Counted from the stretch's first letter, positions 18,356-27,498 are shown. The stretch: DNA of 64,000 bases from Bacteroidota bacterium (GCA_018262715.1 JADFDS010000040.1:24340-88339), one strand, 5' to 3'. Numbers and translations: made by a program. Notes: a model not told the origin generated them from the sequence alone.

Positions 18356-19855
18356 TTATGCGGGCATTTCGGGAAGTGACCAGCCTGATCGGTAAGTATG
18401 CCTGATCATTTCGGCAGCAAACTGCCTGGCATTGATCGGATCAGTGAACTTCCTGTCGAATGTCGGATGACCGTCAGTGATGCTGAAATGATCCTCGACA
18501 CATATCTTAATAGTTTCTTCGTCACTGATATTGGCAAACTCCATCTTTTCTCCGTTCCACTCGAGTATCTTGTTCAGTCCCTGGAGCCTTACGGCCAGGA
18601 CGCCCATAACCACCATTTCATTGAACGGACCTGCTTCGGAGAAATCAGACTTGGTAAGGATTCTGTTATCAGGGTTTTCCTTGCATGCTCTTACCCAATC
18701 CATCTCATGACCTCCACTTGTGGCATTCTTAACACGCCTTTCAGTTTCAGGAGCATTTGGCACCCTGCCTGAGAGGAGCCATGGATTGATGCCATAGCAA
18801 CCGCATATGAGCTTATCCTTGGTCCCATGGAAGATGACTCCGCCTCCCTGGTCATTCATATCCTTTCCGATTGGCCATCCTTCGGGCTTCATGGGTTGAA
18901 TTCCCCCGTCATACCATGTCACCTCCACTTCAGGCAGGTCAATCTTGTAATGCGATGGCGCCTTTCTGGCAGGGTAGGTATACTTGACAGTCTGTGCGTT
19001 TGGCGCACAGTCGGTCAGCAGAAGGGTTGAGCTTGCCTGTACTTTTGTCGGGTATGTGAGCTTGAGAGACTTGAAAACAGGATGAAGGATATGGCATGCC
19101 ATATCACCCAGCGCACCGGTCCCGAAATCCCACCATCCTCTCCAGTTCCACGGATGATATATTGCGTTGTAGGGTCTGACGGGAGCAGGTCCCAGGAACA
19201 GGTCCCAGTCAAGCGTCTTCGGCACCTTATCTACTTTTGATGGCCGGTTCAGACCCTGGGGCCATATCGGACGGTCAGTGAAGGCTTCTACCTTTGTCAC
19301 CTCACCTATTTCACGGTTCTGTATCCACTCCTGAACAAGGTCCACACCGATGGCTGACGAACCCTGATTTCCCATCGAGGTTGCCACTTTATGCTTCGCT
19401 GCAAGCTTCGTCAGAAGTCTTGATTCATATACACTGTGCGTAAGGGGTTTCTGAAGGAAGACATGCTTGCCCATGGTCATAGCGTGAGCTGCAGTAAGGG
19501 CATGAGTGTGGTCAGCCGTTGCAATGATCACTGCATCAATTGACTTGCCCATTTCATCATACATCTTCCGGTAATCCCAGAACCGCTTCGCTGCCGGGTA
19601 GGCATCAAAGACCCTCTTCGAGTAGCCCCAGTCCACATCACAGAGCGCCACTATGTTTTCTGATGCGGCAACATTCCTGAGGTTTGTAGCACCCATACCT
19701 CCGATACCAATTCCGGCGATGTTGAGCTTATCGCTCGGAACACGGTGGCCGAGCCCGCTGACCACGTTGCTGGGCAGGATGGTAAGTCCGGCAATTGCGG
19801 CGCCCGTAGTGCCCACAAATGACCGTCTTGTGAATTTTCTTGTCTCCTCTTTCAT
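18356..19855 (-). CDS. Tat-exported Gfo/Idh/MocA family oxidoreductase
   Basis: Twin-arginine signal FTRRSFVGTTGAAIAG. Rossmann motif NIAGIGIGGMGATNL. Gfo/Idh/MocA-type core (VALCDVD, VIIATADHTHA, HVFLQKPL). Confidence 0.9.
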   Translation of the reverse strand: MKEETRKFTRRSFVGTTGAAIAGLTILPSNVVSGLGHRVPSDKLNIAGIGIGGMGATNLRNVAASENIVALCDVDWGYSKRVFDAYPAAKRFWDYRKMYDEMGKSIDAVIIATADHTHALTAAHAMTMGKHVFLQKPLTHSVYESRLLTKLAAKHKVATSMGNQGSSAIGVDLVQEWIQNREIGEVTKVEAFTDRPIWPQGLNRPSKVDKVPKTLDWDLFLGPAPVRPYNAIYHPWNWRGWWDFGTGALGDMACHILHPVFKSLKLTYPTKVQASSTLLLTDCAPNAQTVKYTYPARKAPSHYKIDLPEVEVTWYDGGIQPMKPEGWPIGKDMNDQGGGVIFHGTKDKLICGCYGINPWLLSGRVPNAPETERRVKNATSGGHEMDWVRACKENPDNRILTKSDFSEAGPFNEMVVMGVLAVRLQGLNKILEWNGEKMEFANISDEETIKICVEDHFSITDGHPTFDRKFTDPINARQFAAEMIRHTYRSGWSLPEMPA

Positions 19856-19937
19856 ATCATTTCAGGTTAAGTTCTTCAACGGATGGATAAAAATAGAAAT
19901 TTCTCCAGAATAATTCTCCCTGCGGGACTATTTCTTA

Positions 19938-19945
19938 TATTTTTG
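19938..19945 (+). promoter_or_regulatory. Candidate -7 promoter box TATTTTTG only 4 nt upstream of the ATG (possible leaderless transcript)
   Basis: Exact TAnnTTTG match at 19938-19945; ATG at 19950. Confidence 0.3.
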
Positions 19946-19949
19946 AAGA

Positions 19950-21152
19950 ATGAGACTCAGAAGAGGCCTGACAACCTTAATTATAGCCAACTTCGGGATT
20001 TTATCCTCCTATGGGCAGTATTTCACCAGGCTGGGAATCGGCCTCGATACCCGGACAAACGTAAGCATACCTGTGGCTGTGGCTGATCCGAATGATCCTC
20101 AATTTTCAGGAGAGTTACTGGCCGCCAAGTACCCGGGCCTGAATATCCCGCCCGGAAAAATTGACCTCGTGTACCCGGTGATCCCGGACGCTGCCGATAC
20201 GGTGGCCATTCTATGGTACCTGATGCCCGAGGAGATCTCTGCCGTGCCCGGAGAAATGAACGTGATCATAGTTGAAATCACCCCCGGAAATGAAAAAAGA
20301 TTCTGGATTGACAATAACAATGATCGCGTGTTCAGCAGCAGCGAGAGATCATTTATTTTCAGGAACACTGAAGAAAGCCGGCCTGTGAACATAATGGTCG
20401 CAGGCTCCTATTACTCCTATACTCTGTTTAACCCCGACTACTCCCCTCCTTCTGCCCCTTCGGAAACCATCAGGCAATCCAAAAGCTCCTGGTCAGACAG
20501 AAAGGGAAAACCATCTTTTGCGATTGACCTGTCAGCGTCATTCCTCAGGGCAGATGCAAGTCTCTCATATATAAAGCAATCAAGACCATCAAATACAATC
20601 ACCTATTCCGCCAGAATCCCCGGAAGCTTCAGGCCTGCCATCGGATTCGACTTTTCATGGTATGACTTTCATCTTCTTCTGGGTGGCGGTTTCGAGAAAG
20701 CCAAGTACACTGAAAACATACTGGTTTCAACAAATGACGGCAGCCAGACTACAAGCTACAACAGCGGAACCTGGCCAACTTCGAGGTTCATCCTCAGCAT
20801 TGCACTGGAGTATGACATCAGCGCCGGCAGGTATCTTTACCTCACACCCTTCGCCGTATGGTCCAATTTCAAAAATGACAGCAGGTTCAACTTTGACAGG
20901 TACCAGGGATCTAGTGCAGGTGCAGAATACACAGACTCAAAATCTTATGAAGCAGGCTTAAAGCTTAAAATGCCGGTTGACAGGCAGGTCATCATTCACC
21001 TCAGCCTCGCATACTCTTCGGTGTATTTCAATGCTGAAAAGCATTTTACTGATGTTTTACCCGGATCATACCGCATGAGTATGGAAGGATTCTATTACGG
21101 TGTCGGCGTTAATTTCAGCCTCAGAGGTTCGGCAGGGCAGGATGCTGAATGA
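19950..21152 (+). CDS. Hypothetical exported protein, C-terminal half beta-barrel-like
   Basis: Signal peptide (LIIANFGILSSYGQ). C-terminal half has alternating hydrophobic/aromatic strands (FDFSWYDFHLLLGGGF, LSIALEYDIS, GFYYGVGVNFSL). Confidence 0.55.
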   Translation: MRLRRGLTTLIIANFGILSSYGQYFTRLGIGLDTRTNVSIPVAVADPNDPQFSGELLAAKYPGLNIPPGKIDLVYPVIPDAADTVAILWYLMPEEISAVPGEMNVIIVEITPGNEKRFWIDNNNDRVFSSSERSFIFRNTEESRPVNIMVAGSYYSYTLFNPDYSPPSAPSETIRQSKSSWSDRKGKPSFAIDLSASFLRADASLSYIKQSRPSNTITYSARIPGSFRPAIGFDFSWYDFHLLLGGGFEKAKYTENILVSTNDGSQTTSYNSGTWPTSRFILSIALEYDISAGRYLYLTPFAVWSNFKNDSRFNFDRYQGSSAGAEYTDSKSYEAGLKLKMPVDRQVIIHLSLAYSSVYFNAEKHFTDVLPGSYRMSMEGFYYGVGVNFSLRGSAGQDAE

Positions 21153-21191
21153 GCCTTGTAATCAAAAAATATTACTTTGCAGAAAAAACAG

Positions 21192-21686
21192 ATGAAAAGC
21201 CAGAGATTTAATCTCGATCCCGGAGAAAATGACCGTATTAACAGGATTCTGAAGGCTCTGTTCGGACTGGTGTGCATTGCTGCGGCAATCACAACCGGAA
21301 TAATGATGACCGGTTCGGATAAGCTGACAACCAACAGTTTCATTGCCATAGCTTTTATGGGTCTTATTGGTATAAGCCTCCTGATATCAGGACTGGGCCT
21401 GACCGAAAGATTTCTGACCCTCACCGGGGACACTATTATTCTCAGGGACAAGGTTTATGCCCCTGCCAGAACAATAAGCGTGTCTGATCTGAGAAAAGTT
21501 GAATTCAGCCAGCTTAAAGTTGCATTTTACCTGAAGTCAGAAGAGGTTATATCATTGCGTTTGGGGACGTTTTACAGGGAGAGTCCCGTAAGGATTATGG
21601 AGGCTCTTGAGAAATTCTGTGCCTCAAACGGCGTTTTGACTGAAGGATTGCCATCTAACAGGGACGACGACGGTCATGAAAATTAG
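21192..21686 (+). CDS. Hypothetical two-TM membrane protein
   Basis: Two hydrophobic helices followed by a soluble about 90 aa domain. 3' end overlaps the next gene by 11 nt. ATG 21192 preferred over TTG 21177. Confidence 0.5.
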   Translation: MKSQRFNLDPGENDRINRILKALFGLVCIAAAITTGIMMTGSDKLTTNSFIAIAFMGLIGISLLISGLGLTERFLTLTGDTIILRDKVYAPARTISVSDLRKVEFSQLKVAFYLKSEEVISLRLGTFYRESPVRIMEALEKFCASNGVLTEGLPSNRDDDGHEN

Positions 21687-22824
21687 ATATGGAATGATCG
21701 GCGGAGGCGAAGGCTCGCTCATCGGGCCCGTACACCGGATGGCAGCACGCCTCGACGGTATCTGTGAGCTTGTTTCCGGCGCATTCAGCAGTAACCCGGA
21801 AATCTCGCGGCTGACAGGAACCAGGGAGGCTCTTAATGAAGCACGCATCTATGACAGATGGCAGGAGATGATCACAACCGAAAGCACCCTGCCCGAAGAG
21901 GTCAGACCCCACTTCATCACCATAGCCACCCCGAACCATCTTCATTACAGTCCGGCAAAAATGGCCCTGGAGGCAGGATTTCATGTTATTTGCGACAAAC
22001 CCCTATGTCTCAGTGTATCTGAAGCTCTGGACCTCCATGAAACAGTTGAGCGGACAGGGAAACTGTTTTGCCTGACCCATAATTATACCGGTTATCCCAT
22101 GGTTAAGGCAGCACGCAATATGGTGCTTGCGGGGGAGATCGGGAAAGCCAGGAAGGTGATTGTTCAGTACCTGCAGGGATGGCTCGCGTCACCGCTGGAA
22201 AGAACTGGCAACCGGCAGGCTGAATGGAGGTCTGACCCGGCAAGGGCAGGCATAGCCGGGGCAATGGCTGACATAGGAACACATGCATTCAACCTCGCGG
22301 AATATGTGACGGGCGAAGAGGTTGTCTCATTGTCGGCAAAACTGAATTCAGCGGTTCCCGGAAGAATCCTTGACGATGATGGCACAGTCTCTCTCACCTT
22401 TGGAAACAACATAAGCGGGACTCTTCTTGCCAGCCAGGCGGCTACCGGAGAGGAGAACAACCTGTCAATAAGGATTTACGGTGAAAGCGGAGCACTTATC
22501 TGGCGCCAGATGGAGCCAAATACCCTCACCCGGCTCCGTCCTGATGCCCCTGCGCAGGTTATCCGGACCGGCGCCTCCTTTGCCGGATCGGGCTTACCGG
22601 CCTCTATGCACACAAGACTGCCGGCAGGGCATCCTGAAGGATTCATTGAGGCATTCGGCAACCTGTACAGGAATTTTGCATTGCATATAATAGCAGTCAA
22701 CGATGGTCAGAAACCTGACCCGGTGGCTGATTACCCGGGCATCAATGAGGGAGTCAGGGGAATGAAATTCCTGGAGGCGGTGGTCTCTTCTTCACGGAAC
22801 GGATCAGTCACGATAAAACTCTGA
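21676..22824 (+). CDS. Gfo/Idh/MocA family oxidoreductase (cytoplasmic, no signal peptide)
   Basis: N-terminal MKIRYGMIGGGEGSLIG Rossmann motif. ATPNHLHY and VICDKPL family motifs. Confidence 0.9.
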   Translation: MKIRYGMIGGGEGSLIGPVHRMAARLDGICELVSGAFSSNPEISRLTGTREALNEARIYDRWQEMITTESTLPEEVRPHFITIATPNHLHYSPAKMALEAGFHVICDKPLCLSVSEALDLHETVERTGKLFCLTHNYTGYPMVKAARNMVLAGEIGKARKVIVQYLQGWLASPLERTGNRQAEWRSDPARAGIAGAMADIGTHAFNLAEYVTGEEVVSLSAKLNSAVPGRILDDDGTVSLTFGNNISGTLLASQAATGEENNLSIRIYGESGALIWRQMEPNTLTRLRPDAPAQVIRTGASFAGSGLPASMHTRLPAGHPEGFIEAFGNLYRNFALHIIAVNDGQKPDPVADYPGINEGVRGMKFLEAVVSSSRNGSVTIKL

Positions 22825-22881
22825 GAAGAATATAGCAAGCCCCCCGGGCACGAGATGCCGGAGGGCTGCAGTACATCTTTG

Positions 22882-22911
22882 CCGGAAATGATTTCCGGAG
22901 TCTTATTTTTT
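22882..22911 (+). terminator. Weak candidate terminator after the 21676-22824 gene
   Basis: CCGGAA-ATGAT-TTCCGG hairpin (22882-22898), then AGTCTTATTTTTT. The T-run overlaps the stop region of the convergent gene. Confidence 0.3.
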
Positions 22912-23754
22912 CAGAAGTCCGAGGTAATAATCCCTGCTTATCCTGATGCTTTCCATCGGAGTATGCGTGCGGCAAAAGTCCTGCTCCAGGAACCAGTATT
23001 TCATGCCTGCTGTCCGGGCCTCAGCAAGAATCGGCCTGAAATCGATGATTCCCTCTCCAAGGGTTGCATCCTGTTTCTCCGGGGTAAGGTCCTTCAGATG
23101 CCATACCTCGAACCGGCCGGGGTATTTCCTGAAGTAGGCCACCGGGTCCTTCCCTGCAGCGGATATCCATGCCAGGTCCATTTCAAAGATTACCAGCTTT
23201 GGATCACTCTGTTCAACGAGTATATCATAAGGCACACGGCCATTTATCTCCCTGAACTCCACCTGGTGGTTGTGGAACCCAAAGGTGATGCCGGCCTTCC
23301 GGCACTTCGCCCCTGCCCTGTTAAAGAAATCGGCTGCCCGCTGGTAACCGTCAATAGTGTTGCTCCAGTCACCGGGAAGGGATGGCAGTATTATATACTT
23401 CATCCCGGCCTCAGCAGCTTCGTCAATCATCTTCTCGTAATTTTCAGGATTCAGACCGCTGTGTGAGCTGATGGCAACCATTCCGTTCTTCCTTACCAGC
23501 TTACTGAATTCCTTCGGCTTCATGCCATAAAACTTTCCGTCACGGTGGTCAGCTGCCTCAATCCATGTGTAACCCGTTTCCGCAGCCCCGGCAAGCGCAG
23601 CGGCAGGGTCCTTGACCATGGCGTCACGTATGGTGTACAATGCAAGACCTGTCTTCTTTGAAGGCCTGGATGATGCAATCATCTCGCTGTTGATCATCGG
23701 TGCTGCAGCAATGACAAGGGCTGATTTCCTTAAAAAGTCTCTTCTGGTAGTCAT
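22903..23754 (-). CDS. Tat-exported sugar phosphate isomerase/epimerase (xylose isomerase-like TIM barrel)
   Basis: Twin-arginine signal MTTRRDFLRKSALVIAAAP. AP_endonuc_2-type motifs (FGFHNHQVEF, WHLKD, LEQDF). Confidence 0.85.
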   Translation of the reverse strand: MTTRRDFLRKSALVIAAAPMINSEMIASSRPSKKTGLALYTIRDAMVKDPAAALAGAAETGYTWIEAADHRDGKFYGMKPKEFSKLVRKNGMVAISSHSGLNPENYEKMIDEAAEAGMKYIILPSLPGDWSNTIDGYQRAADFFNRAGAKCRKAGITFGFHNHQVEFREINGRVPYDILVEQSDPKLVIFEMDLAWISAAGKDPVAYFRKYPGRFEVWHLKDLTPEKQDATLGEGIIDFRPILAEARTAGMKYWFLEQDFCRTHTPMESIRISRDYYLGLLKK

Positions 23755-23857
23755 AATTTCAGGTTAAGTTTTAACGGATCATGAAGTTGCCACCCCAATC
23801 TAACCAGGGATGAAGGGAAAACAAAAATAGCATTAAATTTATAAGATCAAAAGCCAA

Positions 23858-24865
23858 ATGCAGATGAGGTTGTGGGAGAAACATAAGGAAGGCAGCGTGA
23901 GATGTACCCTGTGCCCTCATTACTGCATCATCAGGCCCGGAGAGAGAGGTATCTGCGGAACCAGGGAAAACCGCGAAGGAGAAATTTACCCGGTTACCGC
24001 CGGCATCATCTCCGGATATGCCCTCGATCCCATTGAAAAGAAACCTCTCTACCACTTCCACCCGGGGTCGGTGATTCTGTCAGTAGGATCATACGGATGC
24101 AACCTCAAATGCGATTTTTGCCAGAACTATCACATTTCACAAAATGTCAAAGGGGAACAGTCAGCAAGGCTTGATCCGGAAGAGCTTGTCCGTCAGGCTG
24201 TAACAGCCCGGGGAAGCATTGGCATCGCATATACCTACAATGAACCGGCGATATGGTTTGAATACGTAACTGAAAGCGCCAGGCTTGCCCGTGAAAAAGG
24301 GCTCCGCAACGTAATGGTTACCAATGGCTATGTAAATCAGGAACCGTTGAAGGAACTGACACAGGTCATAGACGCATTCAACATAGACCTGAAGGCGTTC
24401 AGCAACGACTTTTACCGGAATTATACCGGAGCCACCCTTAAGCCGGTGCTGCAGGCAATAAAGACTGTGGCCGGATCAGGCAGGCATCTCGAGATAACCA
24501 CCCTGGTCCTTCCGGGAATGAACGATTCGCCTGATGAGATGGAACGGGAGGCTGAGTGGATCGCCGGAAATGCGGGCAGGTCCGTTCCGCTTCATCTCAG
24601 CCGCTACTTCCCGACATACAGGAGAACCACACCTGCAACGCCGCCCGAAACAATACTAAGACTCAGGGAAATAGCAGAGAAGTATCTCGATTTTGTGTAC
24701 ACCGGCAACATGCCCGGTGAAGAGGGTGGCAGTGACACGAGGTGCCCCGACTGCCATACCACAGTGATAAGAAGATCAGGATATTATGCCCGGATTTCCG
24801 GTCTTACGGATGAAGGAAGCTGCGTAAAATGCAGCCGGCAGATCATAGCCGCATCGGATGTCTGA
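23858..24865 (+). CDS. amrS: AmmeMemoRadiSam system radical SAM enzyme
   Basis: N-terminal CTLCPHYCIIRPGERGICGTR motif, radical-SAM CNLKCDFCQNY (CxxxCxxC), and a C-terminal Cys cluster CPDC...C..C. Confidence 0.85.
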   Translation: MQMRLWEKHKEGSVRCTLCPHYCIIRPGERGICGTRENREGEIYPVTAGIISGYALDPIEKKPLYHFHPGSVILSVGSYGCNLKCDFCQNYHISQNVKGEQSARLDPEELVRQAVTARGSIGIAYTYNEPAIWFEYVTESARLAREKGLRNVMVTNGYVNQEPLKELTQVIDAFNIDLKAFSNDFYRNYTGATLKPVLQAIKTVAGSGRHLEITTLVLPGMNDSPDEMEREAEWIAGNAGRSVPLHLSRYFPTYRRTTPATPPETILRLREIAEKYLDFVYTGNMPGEEGGSDTRCPDCHTTVIRRSGYYARISGLTDEGSCVKCSRQIIAASDV

Positions 24866-24900
24866 TATTACCGGAACGAATATCTGATGTGTGGCCGGAA

Positions 24901-25188
24901 CTACTGTTTAGTAATACTGCTCAGCTTCTCGAAGAATTCATTGATCTTGCCGAACAGCTCCTTGCGGAGGTCCGCATAATAAGCCCTGACAAGTGCCGGA
25001 TTATCTTTTCCATCGGGGTGATTTGCCCTGTCAATGAATTCATTGCGCATAACTACCGCTTCTTCAATCAGGTTCTGCACCTCCATCTTCTTGGCTCCGT
25101 CATGAAGACTTGAAGCCATAAAACAATCAGAGATCAGCTCGAAGAAGAGAAAATCGATATCCTTTTTCAGACTTTTAATACTGGCCAT
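24901..25188 (-). CDS. Hypothetical small helical protein
   Basis: 95 aa ORF with coding-like composition and its own -7 box upstream. No motif recognised. Confidence 0.5.
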   Translation of the reverse strand: MASIKSLKKDIDFLFFELISDCFMASSLHDGAKKMEVQNLIEEAVVMRNEFIDRANHPDGKDNPALVRAYYADLRKELFGKINEFFEKLSSITKQ

Positions 25189-25205
25189 TGCTGTTGGTTT
25201 TGATG

Positions 25206-25213
25206 CAAATATA
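25206..25213 (-). promoter_or_regulatory. Candidate -7 promoter box TATATTTG for the 24901-25188 gene
   Basis: Reverse complement of 25206-25213 is TATATTTG, with 17 nt between the box and the ATG at 25188. Confidence 0.35.
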
Positions 25214-25217
25214 TTGA

Positions 25218-26054
25218 TTAATCCGCTTCATCCCCCATTTTGTAATCATTCATGCTCCGTCCGGCAAGGTCTGAGTAAGCTTCGCGAAGCCTTCCAATGA
25301 GCGGATCGGCGACATTAAACTGCAGACCCTCAATGCTCCTGACGGCAAGTACCATAGGAGAGGTGCCGGTAATGAAAGCCGACCTGAATCTGCCGGCGTC
25401 ACTCTCTTTTACGGCTTCAGTAACCAGGGTGATCCCTTCCTTCAGGATAATATCAGTCACATATCTCCTGGTGATCCCGGAAAGGACCATGCTGTCAGGG
25501 GCCGTTTGTATTGTCCCGTCTTCCGCAATGAAAAAGATGTTTGACCTGCTCCCCTCTGTAATGAATCCATCGTGATTTACCAGCAGCGCTTCGTAAGCGT
25601 TCCTTCTTGCCAGCTCCCCGTTGACCGAGAGACGTAGCCTGTTGTTCAGCATCTTAACCCCCGGATCAAGCCGTTCGGCATGGTGAAGAATCAGCGGCAC
25701 TCCCTCTCTTACCATCGTTTCCGACGGATAGAATGAAGGAATATAGCAGATATGCAGAGAGTGGTCATACCCGCTGAAGGACACTGTCACCCTGACATTT
25801 ATTTCATCATGCCGCTCGTGGTTTGCAAGCGCTTTCATTCCTGCCCTGACCTCTGCAGCGATATCCTCCCGAAGGTCATACCTTGTGGCAATACCATCCT
25901 TAAGGCGGTTCATGTGATCACTGAAGAAGAGAGGTACTCCGTCACGGGTTCTGACCACCTCATAGAAGGTGACCTCGCCGGAAGGGATCTCCTCATTGCC
26001 CGATGCGGGCACTATGGCTCCGTCAAGCCAGATGTAACTGCCTGTGCAATCCAT
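25218..26054 (-). CDS. Class IV aminotransferase (branched-chain aminotransferase / aminodeoxychorismate lyase family)
   Basis: Family motifs EGSRSNIFFIAEDGTIQTAP....LSGITRR and fold-type IV length (278 aa). Confidence 0.85.
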   Translation of the reverse strand: MDCTGSYIWLDGAIVPASGNEEIPSGEVTFYEVVRTRDGVPLFFSDHMNRLKDGIATRYDLREDIAAEVRAGMKALANHERHDEINVRVTVSFSGYDHSLHICYIPSFYPSETMVREGVPLILHHAERLDPGVKMLNNRLRLSVNGELARRNAYEALLVNHDGFITEGSRSNIFFIAEDGTIQTAPDSMVLSGITRRYVTDIILKEGITLVTEAVKESDAGRFRSAFITGTSPMVLAVRSIEGLQFNVADPLIGRLREAYSDLAGRSMNDYKMGDEAD

Positions 26055-26074
26055 GTCCGGATTTCTATTTTTAT

Positions 26075-26082
26075 CAAAAATA
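26075..26082 (-). promoter_or_regulatory. Candidate -7 promoter box TATTTTTG for the aminotransferase gene
   Basis: Reverse complement of 26075-26082 is TATTTTTG, 20 nt from the ATG at 26054. Embedded in the AT-rich inverted repeat CTATTTTT-ATC-AAAAATAG (26065-26083). Confidence 0.35.
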
Positions 26083-26133
26083 GGAATAATGTCGCAGCCT
26101 TAAAAGTAATTATCTTAGTGCTTTCCCGAAGAG

Positions 26134-27498
26134 ATGTATGCCATCGTAGACATAGAGACAACAGGTGGAAGCGCGAGGCTTGAGAGAATAACCGAGATAG
26201 CCGTTTACATACATGACGGCAACCGGGTGGTGGAGGAATATTCGACCCTGATCAATCCCGAGCGCAATATTCCCTACTTCATCACTTCCCTTACAGGTAT
26301 AACCAACGAGATGGTTGAGGACGCACCTAAATTTTATGAGGTGGCACGCCGGATTGTAGAGCTTACGGAAGGAAAGGTATTCGTGGCACACAATGCAAGG
26401 TTCGATTATTCATTCATCAGGCAGGAATTCGGCATGCTGGGATACAATTTCAAACGCCCGATGCTTGATACCGTTGCCCTGAGCCGCAAACTGATTCCCG
26501 GGCACAGGTCTTACAGCCTGGGAAACCTTTGCAATGACCTCGGGATAGAGATCAACGGCCGCCACAGGGCTTCGGGTGATGCCCTCGCAACTGTGAGGCT
26601 TCTGGAGCTGCTGCTCGAGAAAGACCGTGAGCTGAATTCCGGCAGCCTGATCAAAAACAGGAAAGCGGCGAAACTGCACCCTGCACTTGACATGACAAAG
26701 CTTGAAGAGATTCCTGAAGAACCTGGAGTATACTACTTCCATGATGAAGGCGGAGATGTAATCTATGTGGGGAAAAGCCGTAACCTGAGCGAGCGGGTCA
26801 GCTCACACATCTCAAACAACACCTCGGCAAGGGAGATGGAGATGAGGTCAATGATTGCAGACATCACCTGGGAGCGCACAGGAAGTGAGCTGATTGCCCT
26901 GCTGATGGAGTCAGCCGAGATAAAGAGCCGTAAACCTCGCTTCAACAGGGCACAGCGACGCACCGGGTTCCGCTGGGGTATCTACAGTGAAACGGATGAG
27001 GCCGGATACATCAGGTTCTCATACAGAAATGTCAGAGATGAGGAAGTGCCTCTTGCGGTATTCACCTCACGTGACAGGGCGCGGGGCAAGCTGGAGCAGA
27101 TTATCACTGACTACAACCTCTGTCAGAAACACTGCGGATTGTATGAAACTTCCGGACCCTGTTTCCACCGCCAGGTGAGCATGTGCCGCGGGGCCTGCTG
27201 CGGAGAGGAGGATCCGAAGCAGTACAACGAAAGAGCCCTCATGGCTCTCGATGAATTCATCTTCAGGGAAAGAAACTTCTTTATCATTGACCGCGGACGC
27301 GATGAGCAGGAACGGTCAGCTGTCAAGATAGTCAACGGCAAGTTTGCGGGCTACGGATTCTTCAGCATCAACGACGTGGGATTCGGGCTGACGGCCGTAC
27401 ATGATTGCATAAAACCCGCAAATGACAATCGCGACATCCAGGTCATCATCAAGGGTTACCTGAAGAAAAACCGGGTGGAGAAAATTATTGATTTCTGA
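26134..27498 (+). CDS. DEDDh 3'-5' exonuclease (DnaQ/epsilon-like) fused to a GIY-YIG (UvrC/Cho-like) nuclease domain
   Basis: Exo I YAIVDIETTG, Exo II FVAHNARFDYSF, Exo III HRASGDALAT. GIY-YIG: GVYYFHDEGGDVIYVGKSRNLSERVSSH. Followed by a Cys cluster CFHRQVSMCRGACCG. Confidence 0.85.
   Translation: MYAIVDIETTGGSARLERITEIAVYIHDGNRVVEEYSTLINPERNIPYFITSLTGITNEMVEDAPKFYEVARRIVELTEGKVFVAHNARFDYSFIRQEFGMLGYNFKRPMLDTVALSRKLIPGHRSYSLGNLCNDLGIEINGRHRASGDALATVRLLELLLEKDRELNSGSLIKNRKAAKLHPALDMTKLEEIPEEPGVYYFHDEGGDVIYVGKSRNLSERVSSHISNNTSAREMEMRSMIADITWERTGSELIALLMESAEIKSRKPRFNRAQRRTGFRWGIYSETDEAGYIRFSYRNVRDEEVPLAVFTSRDRARGKLEQIITDYNLCQKHCGLYETSGPCFHRQVSMCRGACCGEEDPKQYNERALMALDEFIFRERNFFIIDRGRDEQERSAVKIVNGKFAGYGFFSINDVGFGLTAVHDCIKPANDNRDIQVIIKGYLKKNRVEKIIDF

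Noticed and set aside
22855-23466. 203-aa plus-strand ORF
   Set aside because: It is antisense to the TIM-barrel isomerase gene, which has a Tat signal and family motifs. The ORF itself has no recognisable features.
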